From contig CAYPPX010000002.1 in the NCBI GenBank assembly GCA_964412775.1, forward strand, positions 78,152 to 142,151: 64,000 nt of DNA, written 5' to 3'. The DNA is from an uncultured Pseudomonadales bacterium (GTDB taxonomy: Bacteria; Patescibacteriota; Microgenomatia; UBA1400; PJMF01). Positions 8,643 through 18,680 of the stretch are shown here, piece by piece (position 1 is the first letter of the stretch; every line of letters starts with the position of its first letter). The notes below the pieces were generated by a model, which saw nothing but the letters and a program-made list of their open reading frames with translations, was not told where the DNA came from and searched no databases. The position numbers and the translations under genes were made by a program.

Positions 8643-9063
8643 TCAGTGGCTCATCGCTAACAATTACTGTTCTGTTTAGAGAAATTGAGCGACCATTTTC
8701 GTCTAGAACCACGATGGTGATAATATTTGCTCCAGTTTCAAGTTCAACTTCAACTGAAAAATTACCTGATTCATCTGAAGTAGTAATTTTTTCATCGTTG
8801 CCTACAAATACCACTACAAAGCTACTTGGTAGGGTAGTACCAGAAACACTGGTGGTTGTTTCTAATTGAATAGTTTCATCAGCTGGGCTATTTAAAATTA
8901 GTTCTCCAGCAAATTCTTGGTCTGGAGCTGGAGTCAGAGCTAGAGTTTTTTGATCTTGGTCAGCTTTTTTATCAATGCCTGTTTTTGCTTGGTAAACACC
9001 ATAAGTAATAAACAGTCCCAAAGACAAACCAATCAAAATAGCGATAACAATTTCTTTTTTCAT
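8599..9063 (-). CDS. Hypothetical membrane-anchored or secreted protein
   Basis: N-terminal TM helix; overlaps the upstream gene by 44 nt on the same strand. Confidence 0.45.
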   Translation of the reverse strand: MKKEIVIAILIGLSLGLFITYGVYQAKTGIDKKADQDQKTLALTPAPDQEFAGELILNSPADETIQLETTTSVSGTTLPSSFVVVFVGNDEKITTSDESGNFSVEVELETGANIITIVVLDENGRSISLNRTVIVSDEPLIEEATQSAEEGNNE

Positions 9064-9189
9064 CTGTCGGTACTTTTACAAACGTTGCAAAACGTATTAT
9101 AAATGATTTGTCACGAATGGTATCATCAATATATCAACTAAGTAAAAACTAGATTAATTTATAAAAAAATTAGAAAAGGGAACTTCATC

Positions 9190-9849
9190 ATGCTGATTAC
9201 TTATCATGGTCATTCTTGTTTTAAGTTAAAAGGGAAAAATGGCACAGTTATTACTGATCCTTATAGTGGAGTTGGTTTTGAAATGCCTAGTATGAGTGGT
9301 GATATTGTGACGGTTTCTCATGATCGTTATGACCATAATAATTACCATGATGTAGCTGGCACAGCTAGGAGACCAAAACCATTTGTGATTGAGCATTTAG
9401 GTGAGTACGAAGTTGGTGGAATCTCTGTTTTTGGTTATAAGTCTTTTCATGATGGTGAAGCCGGTGAAAAAGCTGGCATTAACCGAATTTATGTGATTGT
9501 GATTGATGGACTTAGGATTTGTCACTTGGGTGATTTGGGCCATGAACTTGATGAAAATACTCTCAATGAAATTGGCGATGTTGATGTGTTATTACTACCA
9601 ACTGGGGGTGTTTACACCATCAACTCCAAACAGGCTGTCGCTGTAGCCAAAGCTTTGGAACCAAGTTTCGTGGTGCCAATGCACTACAAAACCAGTGCTC
9701 ATGATCAAAGTAAATTTGGTGAATTGCAGGGTTTGGATGAGTTTGTCAAAGAATTTGGGGCTGAAAACGTAGAACAAATCGATAAACTTAAAGTCGAAAA
9801 AGATCGTTTGCCTGAAGAAAAAGAATTAGTCATTTTGCAGAGGACCTAG
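9190..9849 (+). CDS. Metallo-beta-lactamase-fold metal-dependent hydrolase (UPF0173/YtkL-like)
   Basis: MLITYHGHSCF start and an HxHxDH-like motif (SHDRYDH); 219 aa. Confidence 0.6.
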   Translation: MLITYHGHSCFKLKGKNGTVITDPYSGVGFEMPSMSGDIVTVSHDRYDHNNYHDVAGTARRPKPFVIEHLGEYEVGGISVFGYKSFHDGEAGEKAGINRIYVIVIDGLRICHLGDLGHELDENTLNEIGDVDVLLLPTGGVYTINSKQAVAVAKALEPSFVVPMHYKTSAHDQSKFGELQGLDEFVKEFGAENVEQIDKLKVEKDRLPEEKELVILQRT

Positions 9850-9917
9850 CAAGCTTAGTTGTTGTAACTTAGTTACTATTTGCTTCTCAGTAAGAGAATG
9901 GTACATTGTAGACGAAA

Positions 9918-11231
9918 ATGATCGAGCCAAAATTACCACCACATGACCTTGAAGCTGAAAAATCAGTTTTAGCAGCTATTTTGATTGATCCAGACGCAAT
10001 TGTGAAAGTAACTGAGCATTTGGAACCTGAGAGTTTTTACCAACCCAAATACCAAGTGATTTTTGAGGCCATGCGGGATCTTTATGAAAAAAGAGAACCG
10101 ATTGACGTGGTCACTTTAACGGCTCAACTCAAAAAAAAGAAAGAACTGAGCAAAGCTGGTGGCGCTACCGAGTTAGCCGAGTTGTCAAATATTTTATCGA
10201 CCGCGGCCAATGTGGTTAATTACGCCAAGATTGTCAAAGAAAAAAGCGTTAAACGTAGGCTGATTAGTCTCAGTAGTGAGATGAGTGAGTTGGCCTTTGA
10301 TGAGTCAAAAAATGCTAAGGATATTTTGGATTTGGCAGAGCAGAAAGTGTTGAGTGTTTCTCAAGCTCACTCAGCTAAAGACTTTATTCCGTTAAAAGAT
10401 ACTTTGGTGGAAAGTTTTGATCGTATTGATGAACTGCAAAAAAATGGTGGAGAACTGCGTGGTGTCCCAACTGGGTTCCAAGATTTAGATCGAGTGTTAG
10501 CTGGTTTACAACGTTCCAACTTGATTATTTTGGCGGCTCGTCCTGGTACTGGTAAGACCGCTTTTTCTTTGAATATTGCTCAAAATTCGGCGGTATTGTC
10601 CAAGAAAAAAATCGGGATTTTTTCTTTGGAAATGAGTAAGGAAGAGTTGGTTGATCGTTTATTGGTGTCACAAGCAGATATTGATGCTTGGAAACTCAAA
10701 ACTGGTCGACTAGATCAACAAGATTTCTTGAAGTTATCTGATGCTATGGGTGTTTTAGCTGACGCTCAGATTTTTATTGATGATACTCCTGGTATGAGTA
10801 TCTATGAGATGAGAACTAAGGCCAGAAAATTGATGACTGAGCATCATATTGATATGTTAATTGTTGACTATTTGCAGTTAGCTCATGGTCGAACTAAAGA
10901 TAATCGTGTCCAAGAAGTGGCCGAGATTTCTCAAGGTTTAAAGAATATTGCTCGTGAATTGAGAATTCCAGTCATGGCTCTTTCACAATTATCTCGTGCC
11001 ATTGAGAGTAGAGGAGAAAAATCACCCCAACTATCAGATCTTCGTGAGTCAGGTTCTATCGAGCAGGATGCTGACGTGGTGATGTTCCTATATCGAAAAG
11101 ACGATGATATTCGTGAACAAGTGACCTTGAAGATTGCTAAACATCGTAACGGTGCTCTTGGTGATGTCGAGCTCTTCTTTAGAGGAGACAGAGTGCGTTT
11201 TTATGGTATGGAAAAACGAGGCAATGCTTAA
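9918..11231 (+). CDS. dnaB: Replicative DNA helicase DnaB
   Basis: N-terminal domain LPPHDLEAEKSVLAAIL, Walker A ARPGTGKTAFSLNIA, and the RecA-like C-terminus LSQLSRAIE. Confidence 0.9.
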   Translation: MIEPKLPPHDLEAEKSVLAAILIDPDAIVKVTEHLEPESFYQPKYQVIFEAMRDLYEKREPIDVVTLTAQLKKKKELSKAGGATELAELSNILSTAANVVNYAKIVKEKSVKRRLISLSSEMSELAFDESKNAKDILDLAEQKVLSVSQAHSAKDFIPLKDTLVESFDRIDELQKNGGELRGVPTGFQDLDRVLAGLQRSNLIILAARPGTGKTAFSLNIAQNSAVLSKKKIGIFSLEMSKEELVDRLLVSQADIDAWKLKTGRLDQQDFLKLSDAMGVLADAQIFIDDTPGMSIYEMRTKARKLMTEHHIDMLIVDYLQLAHGRTKDNRVQEVAEISQGLKNIARELRIPVMALSQLSRAIESRGEKSPQLSDLRESGSIEQDADVVMFLYRKDDDIREQVTLKIAKHRNGALGDVELFFRGDRVRFYGMEKRGNA

Positions 11232-11515
11232 CCAGCCGTAAAGCCAAATAATAAATAAACTAATCCGCCAGTTAACACAGTAAAGAAAAAGAAAAACCCG
11301 AGGTTTGATTTGAGGTCCTTGAGTGATTTGTCAGGATCTGGTTTATCCATACTGACAATCACCACTAGGGCAATACCCAGCCAAATCAAGCCTCTAGTCA
11401 CAATTGACCAGATGCTATCCACAGCGAAAGCTTTTTGCAGAATTTCTTGTAAAACTTCCATCTTTACTACTATGAAGAGATTTGGAGAAAAAAGCAAGTT
11501 TGAGCTAAACAACAA
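11228..11515 (-). CDS. Small hypothetical membrane protein
   Basis: 95 aa with two predicted TM helices; convergent with dnaB, 4-nt overlap. Confidence 0.4.
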   Translation of the reverse strand: MLFSSNLLFSPNLFIVVKMEVLQEILQKAFAVDSIWSIVTRGLIWLGIALVVIVSMDKPDPDKSLKDLKSNLGFFFFFTVLTGGLVYLLFGFTAG

Positions 11516-11578
11516 TTAGTTCAAGTTTCAGACTAGGGGAGAATGTAGTATAATTACGCTCTCTTCAGTGAAGAATAA

Positions 11579-11662
11579 GCCGAGGTGGCGGAATTGGTAG
11601 ACGCGTGGGTCTCAAAAACCCATGAGGGCAACTTCGTGAGGGTTCGATTCCCTCCCCCGGCA
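11579..11662 (+). tRNA. tRNA-Leu (anticodon CAA); long variable arm, no encoded CCA
   Basis: gccgagg acceptor, D-arm gtggcggaattggtagacgc, anticodon loop ctCAAaa, long variable arm, T-arm gagggttcgattccctc. Confidence 0.8.
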
Positions 11663-11670
11663 CAAAGAGT

Positions 11671-11700
11671 AGAGAAACACCTGTTATGAGGTGTTTTTTT
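11671..11700 (+). terminator. Rho-independent terminator after tRNA-Leu
   Basis: aacacct-gttatg-aggtgtt followed by ttttttt. Confidence 0.65.
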
Positions 11701-12562
11701 ATTGCCTTAAATACACCATTAGATCTTTTTGGATACCATAAGCCACAAAGGCTAAGCCATGCAGGACTGATTTTTGTGACCACTTATGAAATGATTCGGT
11801 CAGGAAGTCAGTATAAGACTGATATTCAAGTCTACTTTCATCAATTCTTTTATCAGAGAGAACCAATGACTCACCATCTAGTTCGGTTCTGGTTTCAAAG
11901 AAGGCTCGATGAACTTGTTGCACTTTCCAGAGCTGGTTCATTAGGACAAACAATAGATCAGTGGCTAAATTTTCATTATTTGTCAAATTTTCATGAGCTA
12001 AGTAATTAATACTGGCAATCACTTCATTATCAAAATCCCAACGCTGATTAGCTGGGACAACCTCATCAATGATAGCCTTAATTTTATCCTCAGTAATTGT
12101 TTCTAGCTCTACTGCCAAGGAATTTTTGTCTAAGCCAATTTTTTGAGCAGCATACAGCATTAAGTCTTTAAAATTCAGAGTAGCAAGCAGTTCTTCGGCA
12201 TTAGTATCCAGACCAGCTTGATCAATTAACAACTGAGCAAATTCATCAGCGATTGGTCCAGTGGCATCGATAGTGGCCTGGTATTCTTCAGTCAAACTGC
12301 GGTCATCCCAATCACTGCTCCTATAAATTTTTGATCCATCTTTAGGGGCAAACTTTTTAAAAACACTACTGGCTTGATCAATGGCTCTAACCAATAGTTG
12401 CTCTATTTTTTTCAAAGTTTCTTGATCGAAAGTTTGGGCTAATTCAGCCAGGCCTTCACCAAACACAGCACTAACAATTTCAAAATGTCTATCTGCAAAG
12501 TTTTCTTTTTGAAAGGCATCGTTAGTTCTTAAGTGTAGGATTTCACTAGATTTTTGAGTCAT
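11699..12562 (-). CDS. Hypothetical protein
   Basis: 287-aa acidic ORF; no motif recognised. Confidence 0.45.
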   Translation of the reverse strand: MTQKSSEILHLRTNDAFQKENFADRHFEIVSAVFGEGLAELAQTFDQETLKKIEQLLVRAIDQASSVFKKFAPKDGSKIYRSSDWDDRSLTEEYQATIDATGPIADEFAQLLIDQAGLDTNAEELLATLNFKDLMLYAAQKIGLDKNSLAVELETITEDKIKAIIDEVVPANQRWDFDNEVIASINYLAHENLTNNENLATDLLFVLMNQLWKVQQVHRAFFETRTELDGESLVLSDKRIDESRLEYQSYTDFLTESFHKWSQKSVLHGLAFVAYGIQKDLMVYLRQ

Positions 12563-12630
12563 TTTTTTATTGTCTTTGATTTAAATTAATATCAAGCTTA
12601 GTTATTAATGCTGGTATTATAATAGATAAT

Positions 12631-13470
12631 ATGTGGCCAGTGCTTTTTTCGATTGGAAATTTTAGTTTATCTACTTTGAGTGTAGTGCTATTTTTGGGCT
12701 TTTTTGTGACTGGTTTTACTTTTTGGCGTCGGGGTAAAGAAGAGCACTACTCAGAGATTCAATTGTTTGATGGTTTTTTACTAGCATTTTTGGTTGGTTT
12801 ACTGGGGGCTAGAGCTAGTTTCATTATTTTTCATTGGGACAGATTCGGTTTAGATCCACTCCAGTGGTTTAATTTTTTGGGCAATCCAGGCATTCATAAA
12901 CTGGTGCTACTGATTGTTTCGACATTCTTTCTCAACTCATTTGCCAAAAAGAGGAAATGGGATAACTTTGAGGTGTTAGATTTCTGGTCTTTGTCTTTGA
13001 CTATGTGGCTAATTGTCACTAGTTTTGGCGAGTTTTTGGCTGGCACAGCTCGTGGATACTTGACTAATAGCCCAATTGGGTTGGTTTTTCCTGGTTCGAT
13101 TGATCGCACTCATCCAATTCAACTTTATTCATTGGCCTTTTTCTTGTTACTTTATTTTTATCTGAGTTGGGCAGAGTATAACTACCGAACTTTTGATTGG
13201 TATCGGCTGGGTAAAAAAGCCGCTCAGACTGGTTTTTTGATCACTAATTTTTATATCTTTTTAGCTCTTTTTTCACTATTAATGCTATTCTTCAAACTAC
13301 CAGAATTTGTGTTTAACGGTAAAACTCTGGATATTTGGCTTTATTTAGCAATGTTTTTTGTTGGGATAAAAGTGCTACTGGATCGTTCAGATAAACCACT
13401 ATTACCAGTTTCTTTTAAAGAAAAGTTTTTAAGAAAAAAAACAAACCCAGTCGATGATCTCAAAGTTTAA
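12631..13470 (+). CDS. lgt: Prolipoprotein diacylglyceryl transferase-like protein
   Basis: Collinear with E. coli Lgt: PVLFSIG near the start, GLLGARASFIIF, the FPGS motif and a PIQLY region. The GN..N.E signature is degenerate here (FGEFLAGT). The gene is followed by lspA. Confidence 0.6.
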   Translation: MWPVLFSIGNFSLSTLSVVLFLGFFVTGFTFWRRGKEEHYSEIQLFDGFLLAFLVGLLGARASFIIFHWDRFGLDPLQWFNFLGNPGIHKLVLLIVSTFFLNSFAKKRKWDNFEVLDFWSLSLTMWLIVTSFGEFLAGTARGYLTNSPIGLVFPGSIDRTHPIQLYSLAFFLLLYFYLSWAEYNYRTFDWYRLGKKAAQTGFLITNFYIFLALFSLLMLFFKLPEFVFNGKTLDIWLYLAMFFVGIKVLLDRSDKPLLPVSFKEKFLRKKTNPVDDLKV

Positions 13471-13891
13471 GTTGTTTTTGAGCTTTCTTGTTTTAGTTTT
13501 AATTGATCAACTAACCAAGTTTTTGACAGTTACCCAAGTTTTAAACCAAGGTATAAGTTTTGGTTGGCAACAGGGGATTAGTCAATGGTGGTTGGTTTTA
13601 TTATTAATTTTGGTGCTATTAATCTTTAAGTTTAGCTCGGTTAACAGATCAGTTTTTTTTCAGTTAATGGTGGTATTTTTTTTGGCTGGAACAACTGGTA
13701 ACTTAATTGATCGTTTTTTTTTGGGTGGAGTTCGTGATTGGTTAGCTTGGTCAGTCTTGGGTTTTAGCAATAACTTAGCTGATATCTGGATAACTCTGGG
13801 TTTTTCAGGCATAATATACGAAGAGTTAGTGTTGTCGTTCAAAAAACGCAAAAAAGATAGCCATGAAGATAGAACCAAACATAATTTTTGA
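13454..13891 (+). CDS. lspA: Lipoprotein signal peptidase II
   Basis: NQGISFGW and GTTGNLIDRFFLGGVRDWL motifs. Confidence 0.85.
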   Translation: MISKFKLFLSFLVLVLIDQLTKFLTVTQVLNQGISFGWQQGISQWWLVLLLILVLLIFKFSSVNRSVFFQLMVVFFLAGTTGNLIDRFFLGGVRDWLAWSVLGFSNNLADIWITLGFSGIIYEELVLSFKKRKKDSHEDRTKHNF

Positions 13892-14705
13892 AGATCAAGA
13901 TATCGTAGTGGTAGAGAAACCAGCTGGAGTAGTCAGTAATAATGCTGACTCAGTTAAGCAGCCATCTCTCCAAGAATGGTTTATCGAAAAATATCAGGCT
14001 GAAGAATTTGCTGATAACTGGACCAGATGTTTACCTGAAGATTTTTCTGATGAGTATGGCACTCCAGAGGAAATATTCGCTCAAAGACAAGGCTTGGTTC
14101 ATCGTTTGGATAAAAATACCAGCGGGATTATGGTTTTTGCTAAAAATCCAGGTAGTTTGCTTAATTTACTAACTCAATTCAAGTTGAGACAAACCAAGAA
14201 ACAATACTTAGCTTTAGTCCATGGTGTTTTTCGAGTACCAAAAGGCACCATCACTGCTCCTTTGGCTCGGGCTAGAGCAGACCGAAGAAAGTTTGCGGTA
14301 GATATTAATGGTCGGACTGCAGAAACCATTTATGAAGTGGTCAAAGATTTTGCTGGTTTTAACCCAGACTTTTTAGCTAGTTTAGATCCTGATCAAATTA
14401 GAATTTTTAAGGATGCTCAACGTTTTTATAACCAAGGGTTTAGTTTAGTGCGTTGCTGGCCAAAGACTGGTCGAACCCACCAAATTAGAGTTCACCTAGC
14501 TCATGAGAGTCATCCTTTAGTCGGTGATGTGACTTATTTGGGTAAAAAACGGGCCAAAATTGATCCATTGTGGTGTGGGAGACATTTTTTACATGCTGAA
14601 AGTTTGGAGTTTACTCATCCAAGAACTCACGAGCCACTCAAATTTGTCGCCCAATTACCACCAGAGTTAGAAAAAGTTTTAAGCGTTTTGGTAGAAAAAC
14701 AATAA
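13863..14705 (+). CDS. rluD: RluA-family pseudouridine synthase (RluD-like)
   Basis: Catalytic motif HRLDKNTSGIMVFAKN. Confidence 0.8.
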   Translation: MKIEPNIIFEDQDIVVVEKPAGVVSNNADSVKQPSLQEWFIEKYQAEEFADNWTRCLPEDFSDEYGTPEEIFAQRQGLVHRLDKNTSGIMVFAKNPGSLLNLLTQFKLRQTKKQYLALVHGVFRVPKGTITAPLARARADRRKFAVDINGRTAETIYEVVKDFAGFNPDFLASLDPDQIRIFKDAQRFYNQGFSLVRCWPKTGRTHQIRVHLAHESHPLVGDVTYLGKKRAKIDPLWCGRHFLHAESLEFTHPRTHEPLKFVAQLPPELEKVLSVLVEKQ

Positions 14706-14713
14706 AGGAATTC

Positions 14714-15325
14714 ATGAAATTTGCCGAGATTAATTTTCCTAATGACCCAATTAACTATATTGCCCCGACTTGGGATGAGATGAATGGTTTGGTTTTTTTG
14801 ATTGCTCAACAAATGAGAGCAAAAGGTGTGACTGCCGATAGAATCGTAACCCTAGCCAAGGGGGGCTGGCCAATGACCAGATCATTAGTCGATTTTACTG
14901 GTATTAATAACGTAGCTAGTATTGGGATGAAATTTTATAAACCAGAGATTGGTCAAAGATTTGAACAACCCCAAGTTTACCAAGACTTACCAGTATCAGT
15001 AGTTGGAGAGAGTGTAATTCTCTTTGATGATGTGGCAGACTCAGGCAAGTCACTCGAATTTACAAAACAATACTTATTAGATAAAGGTGTTAAATCTGTG
15101 ACGGTTGCTACCTTGTTTTACAAGCTTCATTCGGTGGTAAAACCAGATTTTTATGGAGCAGAGACTACAACTTGGATTATCTTTCCCTACGAAGCTCATG
15201 AAGCTTTTGGTTTCTTTAATAAAAAATGGGCAGCAGAGGGGTTGACTGTAGGAGAAATAGATCAAAGAATGATGAAGTTAGGGGTAAGAGCAAATTGGTT
15301 GGCAGAATTTAGAAAAACAAGTTAA
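14714..15325 (+). CDS. Type I phosphoribosyltransferase (purine PRTase family)
   Basis: PRPP-binding motif VILFDDVADSGKSL. Confidence 0.55.
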   Translation: MKFAEINFPNDPINYIAPTWDEMNGLVFLIAQQMRAKGVTADRIVTLAKGGWPMTRSLVDFTGINNVASIGMKFYKPEIGQRFEQPQVYQDLPVSVVGESVILFDDVADSGKSLEFTKQYLLDKGVKSVTVATLFYKLHSVVKPDFYGAETTTWIIFPYEAHEAFGFFNKKWAAEGLTVGEIDQRMMKLGVRANWLAEFRKTS

Positions 15326-15437
15326 AATGAGCAAGCTATGATCAAATCAAGACTTTTTTTCCTATCCAATCTTTCTACTTCCTAATTTTTCATAATTAGT
15401 GCAAAGTAGCAGTGTAGTTATAAGAAAGTCGTTGTTT

Positions 15438-16757
15438 ATGAAAAAAGATCTAGTTTTTTCCCTAATTAGTAAAGAGTCCAAGCGCCAAACCGCAATGATT
15501 GGTCTGATTCCTTCTGAAAATCACATTTCTCCAGAGGTTTCAAAAGTTTTATCAAGTTGTTTATCGAGTAAATACGCCGAAGGTTATCCTCATCGTCGCT
15601 ACTATGAGGGCAACCAAATTATTGATCAAATTGAGGTTCTAGCCCAAGACAGATTAAAGCAATTATTTGGTGTACCTCACGTTAATGTGCAACCATATTC
15701 AGGTTCACCAGCTAATGGGGCAATTGAGTTTGCATTGTTGGAACCAGGTGACACCTTGATGGGTTTGGCCCTTTCTGGTGGTGGTCATTTAACTCATGGT
15801 CATCCTCAAGTAACTTTTTCCGGTAAATACTTCAACTCAGTCCAATATGGTTTAGATCAAAACGCTCGAATTGATTTTAAACAAGTGAGAGAGCTAGCTT
15901 TAAAACACCAACCAAAGTTGATTATTGCTGGTAATACAGCCTATCCTTTTGAACTAGATTTTAAAAAATTTAGAGAGATTGCTGATGAGGTCGGTGCTTG
16001 GTTACTGGCAGATATTTCTCATGTTACTGGGTTAGTGGTGGCAGGTGAACATATGTCACCAGTGCCTTATGCAGATGTGGTGATGTCGACCACACACAAA
16101 ACTTTTAGAGGTCCCAGAGGAGCAATGATCTTAGTGACTCAAAGAGGTTTAGACAGAGATCCAGAATTGGCCAGTAAAATTGATAAAGCTGTGTTCCCGG
16201 CACTACAAGGTGGACCTCATAATGCGACTACTGCTGGTATTGCTGTAGCTGCTGCTGAAGCAGCCAGACCAGAATTTAAAAAGTATGGTCAACAAGTGAG
16301 AAAAAATGCCCAAGCTTTAGCCACTGCTCTAAAAGCCGAGGGTTTGAAGTTAGTGGGTGATGGGACCGAAACTCATTTGATGTTACTTGATTTAACTAAC
16401 TATGGAGAGGGCATGGGACTTCAAGTGGCTTTTGCCATGGATGTCGCTGGGATGTATGCCAACCGCAACACTATCCCACACGAGCCATGTTCTCCTTTTT
16501 ATCCTTCTGGAGTGCGTTTGGGCACACCACTTGTGACTAGTCGCGGGATGAAAGAGGCAGAAATGAAGCAAATCGCTCAGTGGATTGCTCGAGTGGTGGC
16601 TGAAGTCAAAGATCAACAGTTACCAACTGATCGCAAAGAGAGAATGACTTTCATTAAAGACTTTAGAAAGAAAGCTTTGAAAAACAAGAATTTATTAACA
16701 ATTAGAAAAGAAGTGGAGGTGTTTGCTAAACAATATCCACTTTTTACCTGGGAATAA
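15438..16757 (+). CDS. glyA: Serine hydroxymethyltransferase
   Basis: SENHISPEV, YAEGYPHRRYYEG, and the PLP-Lys region TTHKTFRGPRGAMI. The start was chosen at MKKDL; the ORF track begins 39 nt earlier. Confidence 0.9.
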   Translation: MKKDLVFSLISKESKRQTAMIGLIPSENHISPEVSKVLSSCLSSKYAEGYPHRRYYEGNQIIDQIEVLAQDRLKQLFGVPHVNVQPYSGSPANGAIEFALLEPGDTLMGLALSGGGHLTHGHPQVTFSGKYFNSVQYGLDQNARIDFKQVRELALKHQPKLIIAGNTAYPFELDFKKFREIADEVGAWLLADISHVTGLVVAGEHMSPVPYADVVMSTTHKTFRGPRGAMILVTQRGLDRDPELASKIDKAVFPALQGGPHNATTAGIAVAAAEAARPEFKKYGQQVRKNAQALATALKAEGLKLVGDGTETHLMLLDLTNYGEGMGLQVAFAMDVAGMYANRNTIPHEPCSPFYPSGVRLGTPLVTSRGMKEAEMKQIAQWIARVVAEVKDQQLPTDRKERMTFIKDFRKKALKNKNLLTIRKEVEVFAKQYPLFTWE

Positions 16758-16758
16758 G

Positions 16759-17595
16759 ATGAAGCGAAGAATCGGGGCCCATTTATCAACTACCGGTGGA
16801 GTAGACAAAGCAGTGGAGCGAGCTCATGAGATTGGAGCCAATGCTTTACAAGTGTTTTCGGGTAGTCCTCGGATGTGGCGCCGAACTGCTTTGGACAAGA
16901 TTAATGCCAATAAAGTTTGGTCAAACCAAGCAAAATATGATGTTACACCAATCTTTACTCATGCATTGTATTTAGTCAATCTAGCCTCAGATAATCCAGA
17001 GTTAGTTGAGAAATCAATGACTGCACTCAAGCATGATTTGAACTTTGATGCTCATCTCAAAGGAGCAGGGGTGGTGGTCCACTTGGGTAGTCACCAGGGC
17101 AGGGGGTTTGAGGCAGTTAAACATGATCTTGTCAAAAGAATGGCCGAGATTCTAAAAGCTACTCCAGCAAATTCGACTTTTATTATTGAAAACTCAGCTG
17201 GCCAAAATGGCAAGATTGCTAGTGATTTAACCGAGATCACATGGTTAATAGATCAACTCAAGTCCGAGCGAGTGAAATGGTGTTTTGATACCTGTCACGG
17301 TTTTGCTGCTGGTAAAAAACTGTCAGGTTCTGATTCTGTAATCGCCGAAATGGAACAATTAGGGTTGTTAAATAACCTGGCTTGTTTGCATGTTAATGAC
17401 ACCAGAGACCCATTTGCTTCAGGTCGCGATCGTCATGCCAATATCGGTGACGGAGAGCTTGGTACTGAAGTTTTAAAAGAATTTTTGAATGACCCCAGAA
17501 TTAGTCATATCCCAATAATTACCGAAGTTCCAGGATTAGATGGCAATGGTCCAGACCAAGAGAATGTCACTCGACTATGGGAGTTAGTTAAATAA
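16759..17595 (+). CDS. nfo: Endonuclease IV (AP endonuclease family 2)
   Basis: IGAHLSTTGG and CFDTCHGFAAG motifs. Start chosen at the ATG at 16759, immediately after the glyA stop. Confidence 0.8.
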   Translation: MKRRIGAHLSTTGGVDKAVERAHEIGANALQVFSGSPRMWRRTALDKINANKVWSNQAKYDVTPIFTHALYLVNLASDNPELVEKSMTALKHDLNFDAHLKGAGVVVHLGSHQGRGFEAVKHDLVKRMAEILKATPANSTFIIENSAGQNGKIASDLTEITWLIDQLKSERVKWCFDTCHGFAAGKKLSGSDSVIAEMEQLGLLNNLACLHVNDTRDPFASGRDRHANIGDGELGTEVLKEFLNDPRISHIPIITEVPGLDGNGPDQENVTRLWELVK

Positions 17596-17618
17596 AAACC
17601 GAATGATAAAATACGCCG

Positions 17619-18539
17619 ATGCAAACGCAAATTATTAATGGCTATCAGCTCGCAAGACAACACCAAACTCAATTAAAACAACAGCTGGGCGAGTTACAGT
17701 TGGTAAAACCAATTGTGATTGCAGCCATTCTTTTTACCGAAGATAAGGGTAGTCAGCTTTATACTCAGTTGAAAAAAGAAATGGCTGAGAGCTTGGGAAT
17801 CGAGTATCGGGTTTATGAGTTTTCTGTACTCACGACTGAAACTGAAGTTTTAGCTAAGATTAAGTCTTTAAATTTGGATCCTAGTATTACGGGTATTATT
17901 ATTCAAAAGCCTTGGCGTAAAACCTGGTTGGAGGCTTATCAAGCCCACAACACCAACCAAGACAACCAATCATTTGATACGTGGTGGCAACAATTGGTTT
18001 CTTCATTAGCCGAGCATAAAGATGTAGACGGGTTGCACCCGAGTAATTTAGCAGCTTTGGCAACTGGAGACTGGTTGAGCCAAGGTAGAGTTCTACCAGC
18101 TACTTGTCAGGCCACAATTAGATTATTAGAACAGGCTTTTAAAACTGAGCATTTATTTGCTGATTTAAGAAATAGCCACCTAAAAACTATCATTTTAGGT
18201 AAATCTGATTTACTCGGTCAGCCATTATTTACGATTTTGTCTGCAAAAAATTGCGAAGTAGAAATGATTGGTTCACAGGAGTTAAATCTTAGAATTGAAC
18301 AACAAAAATATCTAAAAGATGCCGATGTAGTTATTTCTGCCACTGGTCGTAAAAACTTAATTATTGGTGACTTACTTAAACAAGGTTGTGTAGTAATTGA
18401 TGTGGGTGAACCTCAGGGAGATGTTGACCTAAACTCAGTTTTAGGTATTGCTCGGGCTGTGACTCCGGTTCCCGGTGGAGTAGGGCCAATGACGGTGGTG
18501 AGTCTGATGGAAAATGCCATTAAATTAGCACAAAGATAA
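17619..18539 (+). CDS. folD: Bifunctional methylene-THF dehydrogenase/cyclohydrolase
   Basis: ILGKSDLLGQPL and PVPGGVGPMTV motifs. Confidence 0.8.
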   Translation: MQTQIINGYQLARQHQTQLKQQLGELQLVKPIVIAAILFTEDKGSQLYTQLKKEMAESLGIEYRVYEFSVLTTETEVLAKIKSLNLDPSITGIIIQKPWRKTWLEAYQAHNTNQDNQSFDTWWQQLVSSLAEHKDVDGLHPSNLAALATGDWLSQGRVLPATCQATIRLLEQAFKTEHLFADLRNSHLKTIILGKSDLLGQPLFTILSAKNCEVEMIGSQELNLRIEQQKYLKDADVVISATGRKNLIIGDLLKQGCVVIDVGEPQGDVDLNSVLGIARAVTPVPGGVGPMTVVSLMENAIKLAQR

Positions 18540-18564
18540 TTCGCTTTTTCTCTTGAGATTTTTA

Positions 18565-18573
18565 TGATATAAT
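18565..18573 (+). promoter_or_regulatory. Extended -10 promoter element (tgatataat) upstream of rpsB-tsf
   Basis: TGnTATAAT at 18565-18573 with the upstream cttgaga motif; about 105 nt of leader before the rpsB ATG. Confidence 0.4.
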
Positions 18574-18680
18574 CTCACTTCTTAATAAGTAATAGTAATA
18601 GCCCTGATTCACTTTTTAAATCGTCCTGATTGTGGTGATAGGGGGGAGGTCGAGCAAAAATCGATCAAATAAGGACAAAT

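Noticed and set aside
11565-12009. ORFs 11565..11783(-) and 11686..12009(+)
   Set aside because: The first overlaps tRNA-Leu and its terminator. The second is antisense to the 287-aa gene at 11699..12562. Both are spurious.
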